From Promethearchaeota archaeon (GTDB taxonomy: Archaea > Asgardarchaeota > Lokiarchaeia > Sigyniarchaeales > SOKP01), in NCBI GenBank assembly GCA_019058445.1, contig JAHPZA010000004.1:1-64000 (forward strand): DNA of 64,000 bases, given 5' to 3'. Numbering within the stretch: the stretch's first letter is position 1; every line of letters begins with the position of its first letter. The notes beneath the pieces were generated by a model, which saw only the letters and a program-made list of their open reading frames with translations, had not been told where the DNA came from and did no database searches. A program made the position numbers and the translations under genes. This document shows, in pieces, positions 1 to 8,845 of this stretch.

Positions 1-125
1 ATTTAAATTCTCAAATCTTACCCTTTATTTCAGCATCATGTTTTGTAATTATATTAATTATATGGTCATTCAACGTTTCAGAAAAAGATTCACTCCAAGA
101 AAGTATGAATAATTCGAATTCATAA
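1..125 (+). CDS. 3' end of a probable membrane protein (partial, runs off window)
   Basis: Frame 3 is open from the window edge to TAA at 123-125: LNSQILPFISASCFVIILIIWSFNVSEKDSLQESMNNSNS*, a hydrophobic stretch followed by a polar tail. Confidence 0.3.
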   Translation, partial: LNSQILPFISASCFVIILIIWSFNVSEKDSLQESMNNSNS

Positions 126-278
126 CGGGGTCGATAAAATAAAAGAAATATCGTTCCAAGAATATTATAATAGGGTATATGGCTCTGTCTTTATATAATT
201 ACAAATATACTAAATAGCACGCTTCAATTCCTTTTTGAAAATAATAATTTTTTTTTTTAATTTTTTATTATAATATTA

Positions 279-704
279 ATGATTAAATATACAAGTGAAC
301 TGTTTGCTATTGATTGGGAAGAAGTAGCTGATGTAATTGCTGAAGCACCTCTAGGAACATATAGACGTAACCCATTTAAGCTAAAAAGAGCTTTTGAGTC
401 AAGTTACCTAGTGAATTTTGTATTTGATGATGATAAGTTAATAGGAATGGGAAGAGCATTATGTGATGGTGAGTTTCAAGCAGCTTTATATGATATTGTT
501 TTGTTACCCGAATATCAAGGTAAGGGAATAGGAAAAAAGTTAGTAAACCGATTATGTTCCCAATTACCTGTTGAAAATATTATTTTGTATTCAGTTCCAG
601 GTCATGAAGGGTTTTATGTTAAGTGTGGATTTAAAAAAATGCGTACAGGCATGGCAATATTTGATGCAACTAAGTCAAAAATAGAAAGTGGATATTTAGA
701 ATAA
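279..704 (+). CDS. GNAT family N-acetyltransferase
   Basis: Acetyl-CoA motif VLLPEYQGKGIGKKL and C-terminal FYVKCGF. Confidence 0.9.
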   Translation: MIKYTSELFAIDWEEVADVIAEAPLGTYRRNPFKLKRAFESSYLVNFVFDDDKLIGMGRALCDGEFQAALYDIVLLPEYQGKGIGKKLVNRLCSQLPVENIILYSVPGHEGFYVKCGFKKMRTGMAIFDATKSKIESGYLE

Positions 705-706
705 GG

Positions 707-745
707 CCCCATGGAATGCAAATACTAAAAAATTTATTAGAACTT
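707..745 (+). repeat. Dispersed ~35-39 bp repeat, copy 1
   Basis: ccccATGGAATGCAAATACTAAAAAATTTATTAGAACTT; near-identical to 1664-1702, related to 7346-7370 and 10777-10815. Confidence 0.7.
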
Positions 746-801
746 TATGAAAGACAGAATAAGAAAATAATAATTAAATTATTAGAGTAAAAATTGAGAA
801 T

Positions 802-1413
802 TTATTTAGATTTTTTTAATTTGGGAAATAATGCTCCAGTTGTTTCTTGATATTTCCGATATTTAACACCGAATCGTCTTATAAGATCTTTTTCTTCATA
901 GTGAATCATAATAGGGGTATATAAAATAATAAATATTGAAGAAATCATAACTAAAAACCAAGAATTAAAAGCGAAACTGAGTGCGACAAATGTAGGAAAC
1001 TCTCCAAGTGTCTGTGGATGTCTAATATATTTATAAATTCCACCATACATTTCTGTATCTTTGGATGGGCTAAGAGTCTCGGAACCTGCTGCTTTAACTC
1101 CTAAAATCATTATTATAAGGCATGGAGTAGCAATGCAAATTGCTATAGTAATTCCAATCCATATGTTGGGACTTATTATGCAAGAATTAACAATTGGAAG
1201 GGGAAACCATATCCAAATTATTAAATTGATCACCGAAATCAATTCAAAGAATCCTCCTATAGTACGAAATTTCTTACAATCCTTCCATGCTTTTTCTCCA
1301 TATTTTTCGGATCGTTTTACAGGTTGAATACTTAAGAGATATAAATATCCCATTCCCAATAAAGATATTATTAAAGAACTAAAATTTATTAAAGCAATAA
1401 TCGTTTGAACCAC
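802..1413 (-). CDS. Isoprenylcysteine carboxyl methyltransferase / PEMT-like membrane methyltransferase
   Basis: Multi-TM protein with GGIYKYIRHPQ and EEKDLIRRFGVKYRKYQ motifs. Confidence 0.85.
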   Translation of the reverse strand: MVQTIIALINFSSLIISLLGMGYLYLLSIQPVKRSEKYGEKAWKDCKKFRTIGGFFELISVINLIIWIWFPLPIVNSCIISPNIWIGITIAICIATPCLIIMILGVKAAGSETLSPSKDTEMYGGIYKYIRHPQTLGEFPTFVALSFAFNSWFLVMISSIFIILYTPIMIHYEEKDLIRRFGVKYRKYQETTGALFPKLKKSK

Positions 1414-1663
1414 GCTCTTTTAGATATTATTTTAAATTTTCAATGTACTTGTTGTAAATTTTAAATAAAATAAATTTATTTTATTAAGATATAATTATTT
1501 CGCTATAATTTATATATTTGCCAAAAGCATTTATTTCTTTTACAATTTTTCTAAATACATTGAATTTTTCGGAGATTGTGAAAATTACGGATATACTGTA
1601 AATTAAATAATTTTTTTCTTTTAATTAAAATTTCTTTATCATCCCGAATCAATAAGAATGAAA

Positions 1664-1702
1664 CCCTATGGAATACAAATACTAAAAAATTTCTTGGAAT
1701 TA
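1664..1702 (+). repeat. Dispersed repeat, copy 2
   Basis: ccctATGGAATACAAATACTAAAAAATTTCTTGGAATTA. Confidence 0.7.
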
Positions 1703-1760
1703 TAAATTAAGAAAATTTATCCAGAGATTCTTGATGAAAAAAAAAATTAAGATAATTGTT

Positions 1761-1904
1761 ATGAAGATTTAACACCCACGTTTCACTATTGCAACCATTA
1801 GTATCTTTACCACCATACAAGACCACTCAGTCTTACGTAGATTCATGAACCATCAAATGTTCATACCTTGCACTTGGTTTGCCATTGGAAGGGTTCCTTT
1901 TCAT
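1761..1904 (-). pseudogene. Kelch-repeat gene remnant
   Basis: Manual translation MKRNPSNGKPSARYEHLMVHEST*D*VVLYGGKDTNGCNSETWVLNLH: one kelch blade (P-x-AR-x-x-H, hydrophobic-GG, ETW) with two in-frame stops. Confidence 0.65.
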
Positions 1905-1935
1905 CAAGGAATTATTAGTATAATTAATTTTTTTA

Positions 1936-2763
1936 CTAATTTGTTTCGAGCTTTCTAATTTTTTTTAGTAGATCCGTTGCATCCTTAAACTTTTGTGTCG
2001 CTAATGTAAAAACTTCTGAATCATATTCTCCACTTGGTAAATTTTGAGAAAAGAATTCAAAAGATAATTGAATACTCTGTAAAATATTCCCTAAATCGTG
2101 AGAATAATTATCTATTAGCTTTGAATTTAGATAACTGCTGTGATTATATTCGATATGAATTAAAAAAATTAGCATTAATAGCTGACTGTTAATAATTCCA
2201 CAAAAATAGATATTGATAAAAATCTCATTTTTAAGATAATAGACATCAAAGATTGATCCATTTGCGGTAATTATGAATGAAATTGGAAGAAAAACAAGAC
2301 TATTTATTATAAATCCGTAATACCATACAATACTCTTGCCAATTTGCTTTTTAAAATTTGAATATCTTAAGAGAGGAGTCATAATTAATATAACGAAAGT
2401 AATAAGAAAGATGATTACTCCTACATTTGATGCAATTTCTTCACCTAAAAAATAAAATAGACAAAATATAATTGTAATTACTATTCCAATAATTTCCATT
2501 ATTGATTTTACTTTAATTTCTATATAATACGTTAATAGCCCAGCTGTATTAAAAATCATTCCAAGAGATCCAAAAAAGGTGTTTAAAAATGAACTCAAAA
2601 AAAAAAGTACTGCAATTTCAGCTAAAAAATAACAATTCCATGCTATTATGAAATAGATAAATTTGATCTCTTTTTTTCTGATAAAAAAGTCAATTGAAAC
2701 AAATATACCAACAATTCTTAAAACTGAACCTACAATAATGTAAGCTATTACTAGTGGTTCCAT
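1936..2763 (-). CDS. Multi-pass (about 7 TM) membrane protein with C-terminal HisKA/DHp-like H-box, no HATPase domain
   Basis: Hydrophobic helices, then YSHDLGNILQSI, which matches the H-box LAHDMGNILSNI of the kinase at 8846; the protein ends about 50 aa later. Confidence 0.7.
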   Translation of the reverse strand: MEPLVIAYIIVGSVLRIVGIFVSIDFFIRKKEIKFIYFIIAWNCYFLAEIAVLFFLSSFLNTFFGSLGMIFNTAGLLTYYIEIKVKSIMEIIGIVITIIFCLFYFLGEEIASNVGVIIFLITFVILIMTPLLRYSNFKKQIGKSIVWYYGFIINSLVFLPISFIITANGSIFDVYYLKNEIFINIYFCGIINSQLLMLIFLIHIEYNHSSYLNSKLIDNYSHDLGNILQSIQLSFEFFSQNLPSGEYDSEVFTLATQKFKDATDLLKKIRKLETN

Positions 2764-2963
2764 TATTCTTATCCCTATGAAATACTAATTATTTATGGAA
2801 CTTCCTATATTTATAGTTTTGCTAGTTATTTTGTTCATACAGATAGAAGATTAATCCCTACAGCTGATAAATTCTCAGAAAAATCAGAAATCATTTTTAA
2901 AAATTAAAAAAAAAAATAATTTTATTTTAAGATAAATCCTCACTGAGCAACGTTAATTTGGAA

Positions 2964-3911
2964 TTAAACATATTTAGCATAATAATCTAACATTATTTGT
3001 GGCTTATGGCCAAAATAATTATAGGTATCAAATCGATGCAGCGGTTCCTCTTCTTCCAAGAAGAGTAGTTCTTTAGGTTCAGGAGATTTATCATAATAAG
3101 CTTGGATATCATCAAGAGACGCCCATTTATCAGTTTTAGCTTGAATATAGAAAACCGGGCAAGGAATACTATGACAATAATTTAATGGGCTCATTTCGCT
3201 AAACCATTTTCCACTCCAAATTCGACTGATTAAGGTTACTAGGGGAACCATCATTATAGCCATAATAACTGTATATAAGGATTTCACAAGTCTCCATACA
3301 AGGGTATTTCCCGAAATGGGTTGAACCGCTATCATACATTTTATATTTTGAAACAAGTCAGGTCTTTTATTCATTGCGATAATTATGGAATTTGCTCCAG
3401 TGCAAAAACCTAAAAAAGCCTTATCTTGATTTTTTAAATCATCTCGAGAATTAATATAATTCATTGTTCCAATAACATCCTTATATTCATCAAGACCAAT
3501 ATAAACTTTTTTAGTTTTACTTTTACCACTTTCTCCATGATTTCTCAAGTCAAAAAATAATACATTATAACCAGCTTCATTTAATTGTTTTACAGTAGGG
3601 AGAAATTTAACTGTGATTTTAGTTATTTTAGCTAATCCTTGGTTTTTTGGATCAAATCCGGCTCGACTAAAACTTGCAGGATGAACCATTATGATTAATT
3701 TTTTCGAACTTGAGGGGATGTACCACCCGTTTAATTCAACATTATCTTCAGTGTTATATGAAATATCTTCACATTTCATCCCGTAATCTTCTGGTGTTTC
3801 AGTTATGGGATGTACCATAGGATATAATAAAGATTTAGCAAAATAAATTCCCATTGCAAAATAGAACAATATTATAATCCCTATAATAATAAGAAATATT
3901 GTTGTGGTCAT
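2964..3911 (-). CDS. Membrane-anchored alpha/beta hydrolase (Cys at nucleophile elbow)
   Basis: N-terminal TM; FDLRNHGES; elbow GFCTG; acid in AKTDKW; His in PLHRF. Confidence 0.85.
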   Translation of the reverse strand: MTTTIFLIIIGIIILFYFAMGIYFAKSLLYPMVHPITETPEDYGMKCEDISYNTEDNVELNGWYIPSSSKKLIIMVHPASFSRAGFDPKNQGLAKITKITVKFLPTVKQLNEAGYNVLFFDLRNHGESGKSKTKKVYIGLDEYKDVIGTMNYINSRDDLKNQDKAFLGFCTGANSIIIAMNKRPDLFQNIKCMIAVQPISGNTLVWRLVKSLYTVIMAIMMVPLVTLISRIWSGKWFSEMSPLNYCHSIPCPVFYIQAKTDKWASLDDIQAYYDKSPEPKELLFLEEEEPLHRFDTYNYFGHKPQIMLDYYAKYV

Positions 3912-3973
3912 TTTTTTTGAGTCACATTGATTTATTTTTAATTAATACAAAGAAACTTTCTTTACAGAAAAAT

Positions 3974-4080
3974 TACGTTGCATATAATGATAAAATAATA
4001 CGTTTTTTTTTATTTAAAAATTTTACGTTTTATTCAATCTAAATTTATTACGTGGCAAATTCCCAATAAAATGAAACGTT
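3974..4080. promoter_or_regulatory. Array of five phased ACGT boxes in a divergent promoter
   Basis: ACGT begins at 3975, 4000, 4025, 4050 and 4076 (spacing 25, 25, 25, 26); the first four are TACGT. Confidence 0.65.
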
Positions 4081-4111
4081 TATAATTCAAAAATCATTTA
4101 ATAATAATATT

Positions 4112-4825
4112 ATGAATCAAGAAATAGAACCAATTTCCCCGTCTAAAAATTTAGAAATTATTGAGCAGTTAGGAAACATAATTACCGAAGATAAAGTAGA
4201 TTTTTTAATCATTTTACTCTTAACTGTTTTTAATGAATTAAAACTATCTGAACTGGCAAATTATTCTAAGAAGTCCAAAACGACAATATCACGTCATATT
4301 TATGCTATTAATAGGAAATTTAAGAACTTGATTCTATCCAGAGAATTAAAAGTAAGAGGAAATATCCCAGCTAAAGTTTATAGAATCGATCCCCTAACTA
4401 GACAAAAAATTATGTCGATGGATGTGGATGCGCAATTAATATACCAACATCCAGATTTAATCTCATTCCTTCCAATGCTGCTATCATTAAATCGTACAAC
4501 GGTATTTATAATACAGAATCTCCATGAGAATCTCATTTCCTTTTTCGATTTTTTAGAAGAAGATTTAGAAAAATTAAGAGATAAAGAAGAAGCCCCCATG
4601 TACAGCAAAATAGTTCAAAATATGCCAAATTTTGAAGCAACATATAATAAACATCTTATCTTTTTAACAGAATCCCAGAAAAACAAGATAATTCCCTTAT
4701 ACTTAAGTTTCATCGAAAAAATGCTTAAAATTTTACAGGAAACCACATCAGAAGATAAACAACCTTATTTATTCTATAATATTCTTATTGATTTAGAAAA
4801 AATCTTATCAAATAGGAAGAAATAA
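4112..4825 (+). CDS. Winged-helix transcriptional regulator
   Basis: LKLSELANYSKKSKTTISRHI HTH followed by a wing (RGNIPAKVYRI); divergent from the hydrolase. Confidence 0.75.
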   Translation: MNQEIEPISPSKNLEIIEQLGNIITEDKVDFLIILLLTVFNELKLSELANYSKKSKTTISRHIYAINRKFKNLILSRELKVRGNIPAKVYRIDPLTRQKIMSMDVDAQLIYQHPDLISFLPMLLSLNRTTVFIIQNLHENLISFFDFLEEDLEKLRDKEEAPMYSKIVQNMPNFEATYNKHLIFLTESQKNKIIPLYLSFIEKMLKILQETTSEDKQPYLFYNILIDLEKILSNRKK

Positions 4826-4972
4826 AATGATTGATTTTTTGAAAGATAGTGCTAATTTTAATTTTTAAATAATATGTTATTTCAACGAGATATGAAAAAA
4901 TCTTGAAAATTTTATAGTATTAAAAAAACATCATAAAAAGGACTTAAGGCAAGATATTCCATAGGTTTTAAA

Positions 4973-5188
4973 CTACTCTCTCCATTCTTCTTCATCAAAA
5001 ACGACAGCTTTGTACTGGATTTTATCATCAGAGACATCTACAATAGTGAAGGGTGCGCCACAATCCTCACATTCAAGAACATCGTCTTTTTCTGCATCAT
5101 CAATAGGAAATTGATAATAACAACTGGAGCATTCCAAAATAAATTTGCCCTCTTCATTTTTTGTAGCCTCATATATTTTTTCAGCCAT
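4973..5188 (-). CDS. lysW: LysW-type amino-group carrier protein
   Basis: Small acidic zinc ribbon (CSSC...CEDC) ending EEEWRE (canonical EDWGE), downstream of lysX-lysZ. Start placed at the ATG at 5188 after GGTGA SD; ORF track starts at 5200. Confidence 0.85.
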   Translation of the reverse strand: MAEKIYEATKNEEGKFILECSSCYYQFPIDDAEKDDVLECEDCGAPFTIVDVSDDKIQYKAVVFDEEEWRE

Positions 5189-5259
5189 AAATATCACCAT
5201 AATTAATATATAATAATAATATTAAGTTACATTTTTTATTATTCTTTCTATTCTTATTT

Positions 5260-6069
5260 CTAATCAGTTATAATAGTGCAATTCTCATTATTAAGAGCTT
5301 TAATGATTGGATTCTCTCGTAGACCAGATGCGATTATTACTTGTTTAATTCCTTCACTGGCAGATTTTAGAGCTGTAATCACTTTAGTTTTCATACCTCC
5401 CGATACATTTTCAAGGATTGAATCAGCTCTTGAGCTATTTATGTGAGTAATAAGGTTCTTATGTTTATCTAAAACGCCATCAACATCAGTTAAAAGTATT
5501 AATTTATCGGCTTTGGTCGCTACTGCAATTGCATCAGACATTCTATCACTATCACCACCAACAATCTCATTATCTATACTGATAGCAATGGAGGCTACAA
5601 CGGGAATATAATCTTTCTCCCAGAGTGTTTCAATTAATTGAACATTTACTTTAGAAGGTTTTCCTGTGTAGTTATCCTTGAGTTTTTTCTTTCCTTCCAA
5701 AATAACCATCGCTTTTTTAAACCTCTCGGCAATGATCAGCCCTCCGTCAACTCCCGAAATACCAACAGCAGGAAGTCCCTTAGTAACCATTTCTTTTACA
5801 ATACGTTTATTATTTAGACCAGCAACAACCATGATATAAATATCTCTGGTTTCTTCATCTACATAACGAGCTTTATATCCTTTAGTAGAATGGGTAAAAA
5901 TCTGGGGTATACCCATTTTCTCTGCTATAGCTGTAATTACATCAGCTCCAGCATGACATAAAACTATCTTTTTCTTTTCAGCATGTAGGTTTAATAAGTC
6001 TGAGATTACAAAATCTAGGTTTTCCTTTAGTAAATCTCCACCAATCTTAATAACAATTTTTTCTGACAT
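5260..6069 (-). CDS. lysZ: [LysW]-aminoadipate/glutamate kinase (amino-acid kinase family)
   Basis: IVIKIGG, LILLTDVDGVL and SGGMKTKV motifs; next to lysW and lysX. Confidence 0.85.
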   Translation of the reverse strand: MSEKIVIKIGGDLLKENLDFVISDLLNLHAEKKKIVLCHAGADVITAIAEKMGIPQIFTHSTKGYKARYVDEETRDIYIMVVAGLNNKRIVKEMVTKGLPAVGISGVDGGLIIAERFKKAMVILEGKKKLKDNYTGKPSKVNVQLIETLWEKDYIPVVASIAISIDNEIVGGDSDRMSDAIAVATKADKLILLTDVDGVLDKHKNLITHINSSRADSILENVSGGMKTKVITALKSASEGIKQVIIASGLRENPIIKALNNENCTIITD

Positions 6070-6091
6070 AGTTCTTATCCTCTTTATTTTA

Positions 6092-7240
6092 TTATTCTAA
6101 ATTGCTAACCGCACATTCCACTATTCCGCGAGCTACTTTACCTTCGCTAAATACATGAGTTAGATCTCCAAAATCGATCGTAGCATTAGCTTCGCTTGCA
6201 AATAGCTCAGCCTTACTGGTCCCTTTAATAAGCAAATCTTTTAATTCATGATAGACATCTAAATTCATATATTTAGTCATATCTGAATGGAACTTTTTAT
6301 CCTTGGCCTCAAAATCCGTTTTAAATTGTTTTTTCATGTGAGTTAATTTAAATTCTTCTGAGTTTTTTAGTTTGTTTCCAAGGGCTCTTATCTTCTTTTT
6401 TAGCTCTAGATCATCGGAATTAACGAGAATATCAATCCCTAATAAAATGCCTCGATCCTTAATTCCATCCAATTTAGTAGCACCATCTAAAACTGATTGG
6501 CACATTTTAAATGAAAATTCTTTTATCCTGTCTGTGATCTCAAATTTAACAGAGGGATTGCCTTGAGAAGTATTAGCTACGATATACTCTCTCATAGGTA
6601 TTCTAAATAAAGAGGCAAATATTTCTAGAGGCGAGCTTTTCTTTTTACCCACCACTACTCTAATATCCGCTATGTGGGATTTGTATTCTTGAACATATAG
6701 CCCCCAAGGATTGGCTAGGATACGTTTATCATCGTACAAATATTGATCTAATTCTTCCCGACTTTTAAGAAAAGTTACTCTCCAACCACGACCACCCCCT
6801 GTAGGTTTAATTACTATAGGGTAATTAAATTTGCTTTCTATAGTATCTATAATCGATTCTCGAATCTGGGGTACTCTTAATCTTGGATAATTGGTAATAG
6901 GGACCCAAATTGTTGGGGTTGATTGAAGATTAGCAGCTTCAAAGCATGCCGTAGTCAATGCTTTATTATCACAAATGTTTGTGACGGAAAGATTATTAAA
7001 TAATTCGTAGCCATTGAACGCTATCATAGGTTGAATAAAATTTACTTGAGACATTAAGCCTAATCGGTTGATAATGACAGAGTCTTTTTTATAATCCTTT
7101 ATAGGATTAAGTAGATTCCAATCTGTATCCTCCACAGAAAATATTTGATGTGAATATCCTAAAATTTCTGAGGCTTGTTCAATTCTTTTAATTTCTAACC
7201 AATCGCTTCTATATCCCGATAATATTATTATATTTGGCAT
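6092..7240 (-). CDS. lysX: RimK/LysX-ArgX family ATP-grasp ligase with a large insertion
   Basis: CDNKALT, YPIVIKPTGGGRG, YVQEY, DIRVVV, ANTSQG, GID...EAN motifs; operon context. Confidence 0.75.
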   Translation of the reverse strand: MPNIIILSGYRSDWLEIKRIEQASEILGYSHQIFSVEDTDWNLLNPIKDYKKDSVIINRLGLMSQVNFIQPMIAFNGYELFNNLSVTNICDNKALTTACFEAANLQSTPTIWVPITNYPRLRVPQIRESIIDTIESKFNYPIVIKPTGGGRGWRVTFLKSREELDQYLYDDKRILANPWGLYVQEYKSHIADIRVVVGKKKSSPLEIFASLFRIPMREYIVANTSQGNPSVKFEITDRIKEFSFKMCQSVLDGATKLDGIKDRGILLGIDILVNSDDLELKKKIRALGNKLKNSEEFKLTHMKKQFKTDFEAKDKKFHSDMTKYMNLDVYHELKDLLIKGTSKAELFASEANATIDFGDLTHVFSEGKVARGIVECAVSNLE

Positions 7241-7345
7241 TTTAGATGGCGTAATTTTTATTTTATTTTAGTCGTACTTATATATATTGACATTTATTAA
7301 TGAAATTTATGTAATAATAATTCATCAAGATGAATCCATTAGAGA

Positions 7346-7370
7346 TGCAAATATTGAAAAATTTCTTAGA
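7346..7370 (+). repeat. Dispersed repeat, copy 3 (partial)
   Basis: ATGCAAATATTGAAAAATTTCTTAGA versus copy 1 ATGCAAATACTAAAAAATTTATTAGA. Confidence 0.55.
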
Positions 7371-7394
7371 TTTATGAGAATTTTTTAATTTCAT

Positions 7395-8225
7395 CTATTT
7401 CTCAACTTCTTGGCGAATTCCCGCTATATAATCACCTAAGGGAGTACCTAATTTTAAAAGTGAAGGGTTTTCTCTCTCAATAGCAGCAATAAAATTTAGT
7501 AAATGTGTTGCTCCTGAAGAATCAGCCATATTTCTATTAAATATAACTGTCATTGGTTCTCGGCATTCTTGCCGAACATTAAGTGCAAAGTTATTTAGAG
7601 TTTCTTTAGTTAATGGTTTACCTCTAACTTGCTCTAATGTATTAAACGATGCACCACAAGGACTTTGTCTTAGGAGTGTGATTTCAGTGATTAAAGGGTT
7701 CACATCATTATTATATTCAAGGTTCACTTCATAATGGGGGGTTCCAAATTCTTTAAAAAAATCATCGATTACGGATATCCCAGTATTTGGAAGCGCATTA
7801 CACATACTTACAGGCTGTACTACATTGGAATTCGAACTTTTTACTTGATTAAAAAATCCTTCACCAAAATGAACAGGCAGAATCGTTGGTATTTGGCGAT
7901 CGCATATTTCAGTTACTACATCTGGATGTCTCAGATATAAGATTAATAGATCAGCATTCTTAATTGCAAGTTCCACTTCTTCACTAAGAAACACTTCATC
8001 TAAAAACAGAGTAGGATCCTGTTCTTCTAACAAAACAAGCTCTGTTTTAGGAAATTTCTTTTTTACAACCTCTATTGCACGATCCCCGTATTTTCCATCA
8101 GAAAATATTAAAATTTTTAACTCTTTATTCAGTATTCTTCTCATCACATTTACATTAATATCTTTCCAATATATTAAATCGGATAAAAAATTATAATTTT
8201 TCTTTTTCTCATTATTAATATCCAA
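7395..8225 (-). CDS. DUF166-like archaeal protein
   Basis: GKYGDRA, HPD, SPCGAS and conserved Cys pattern; true start probably the ATG at 8144. Confidence 0.6.
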   Translation of the reverse strand: MDINNEKKKNYNFLSDLIYWKDINVNVMRRILNKELKILIFSDGKYGDRAIEVVKKKFPKTELVLLEEQDPTLFLDEVFLSEEVELAIKNADLLILYLRHPDVVTEICDRQIPTILPVHFGEGFFNQVKSSNSNVVQPVSMCNALPNTGISVIDDFFKEFGTPHYEVNLEYNNDVNPLITEITLLRQSPCGASFNTLEQVRGKPLTKETLNNFALNVRQECREPMTVIFNRNMADSSGATHLLNFIAAIERENPSLLKLGTPLGDYIAGIRQEVEK

Positions 8226-8448
8226 TATGAGAAAAAAATATCAAGATTATTGAAATTACAATCATTTCAAATTCACCCCTAATCAATACAAATGAAACCT
8301 AATATAATCCTAATTTTTAAAAATTTTTATGAATTGTAAATTGGATTAATCTATTAAGATTTTCTTGATGCTGAAATTATAATATAATTTGTGTAGAAAA
8401 ATGTTTTTAAAGAACTTTTTTTATTAATTTATATAAAGGGGATTTAGA

Positions 8449-8823
8449 GTGACAAGCGTCTTTATCGTTGATGATGACATGTCTTTGCACACCATCTATC
8501 AACTAATTCTAGAACGGGCAGGATTTTCAGAATTTATTTTCGCAAGCAACGGTAAAGAAGCAGTTGAAAAATACATAAAGTTTAATGGATCTCCAGATAT
8601 AATATTAATGGACCATAGAATGCCCTTAATGAGTGGAATCGATGCTTTAATTGAGATTTTAGCTTTTAATAAAAATGCAAAAGTTATTTTTATTAGCGCA
8701 GATGAAGCAGTAAAGGAGCAAACGATAGCTTTAGGTGCTCGAGGATTTATTAAAAAACCCTTTGATATACACCAACTCCTAATTGTTATTAAAAATGTCA
8801 TGAATTTAGAGATAAAAATATAA
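8449..8823 (+). CDS. Single-domain response regulator (CheY-like receiver)
   Basis: IVDDD, ILMDHRMP (phospho-Asp), ISAD, KPF. Confidence 0.95.
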   Translation: MTSVFIVDDDMSLHTIYQLILERAGFSEFIFASNGKEAVEKYIKFNGSPDIILMDHRMPLMSGIDALIEILAFNKNAKVIFISADEAVKEQTIALGARGFIKKPFDIHQLLIVIKNVMNLEIKI

Positions 8824-8845
8824 GAAAAAGAGGTTAAAAATAAGA

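Noticed and set aside
3974-4080. 25-bp periodic boxes as a mini-CRISPR or tandem repeat
   Set aside because: Only a 4-5 bp core is conserved; the units are otherwise unrelated.
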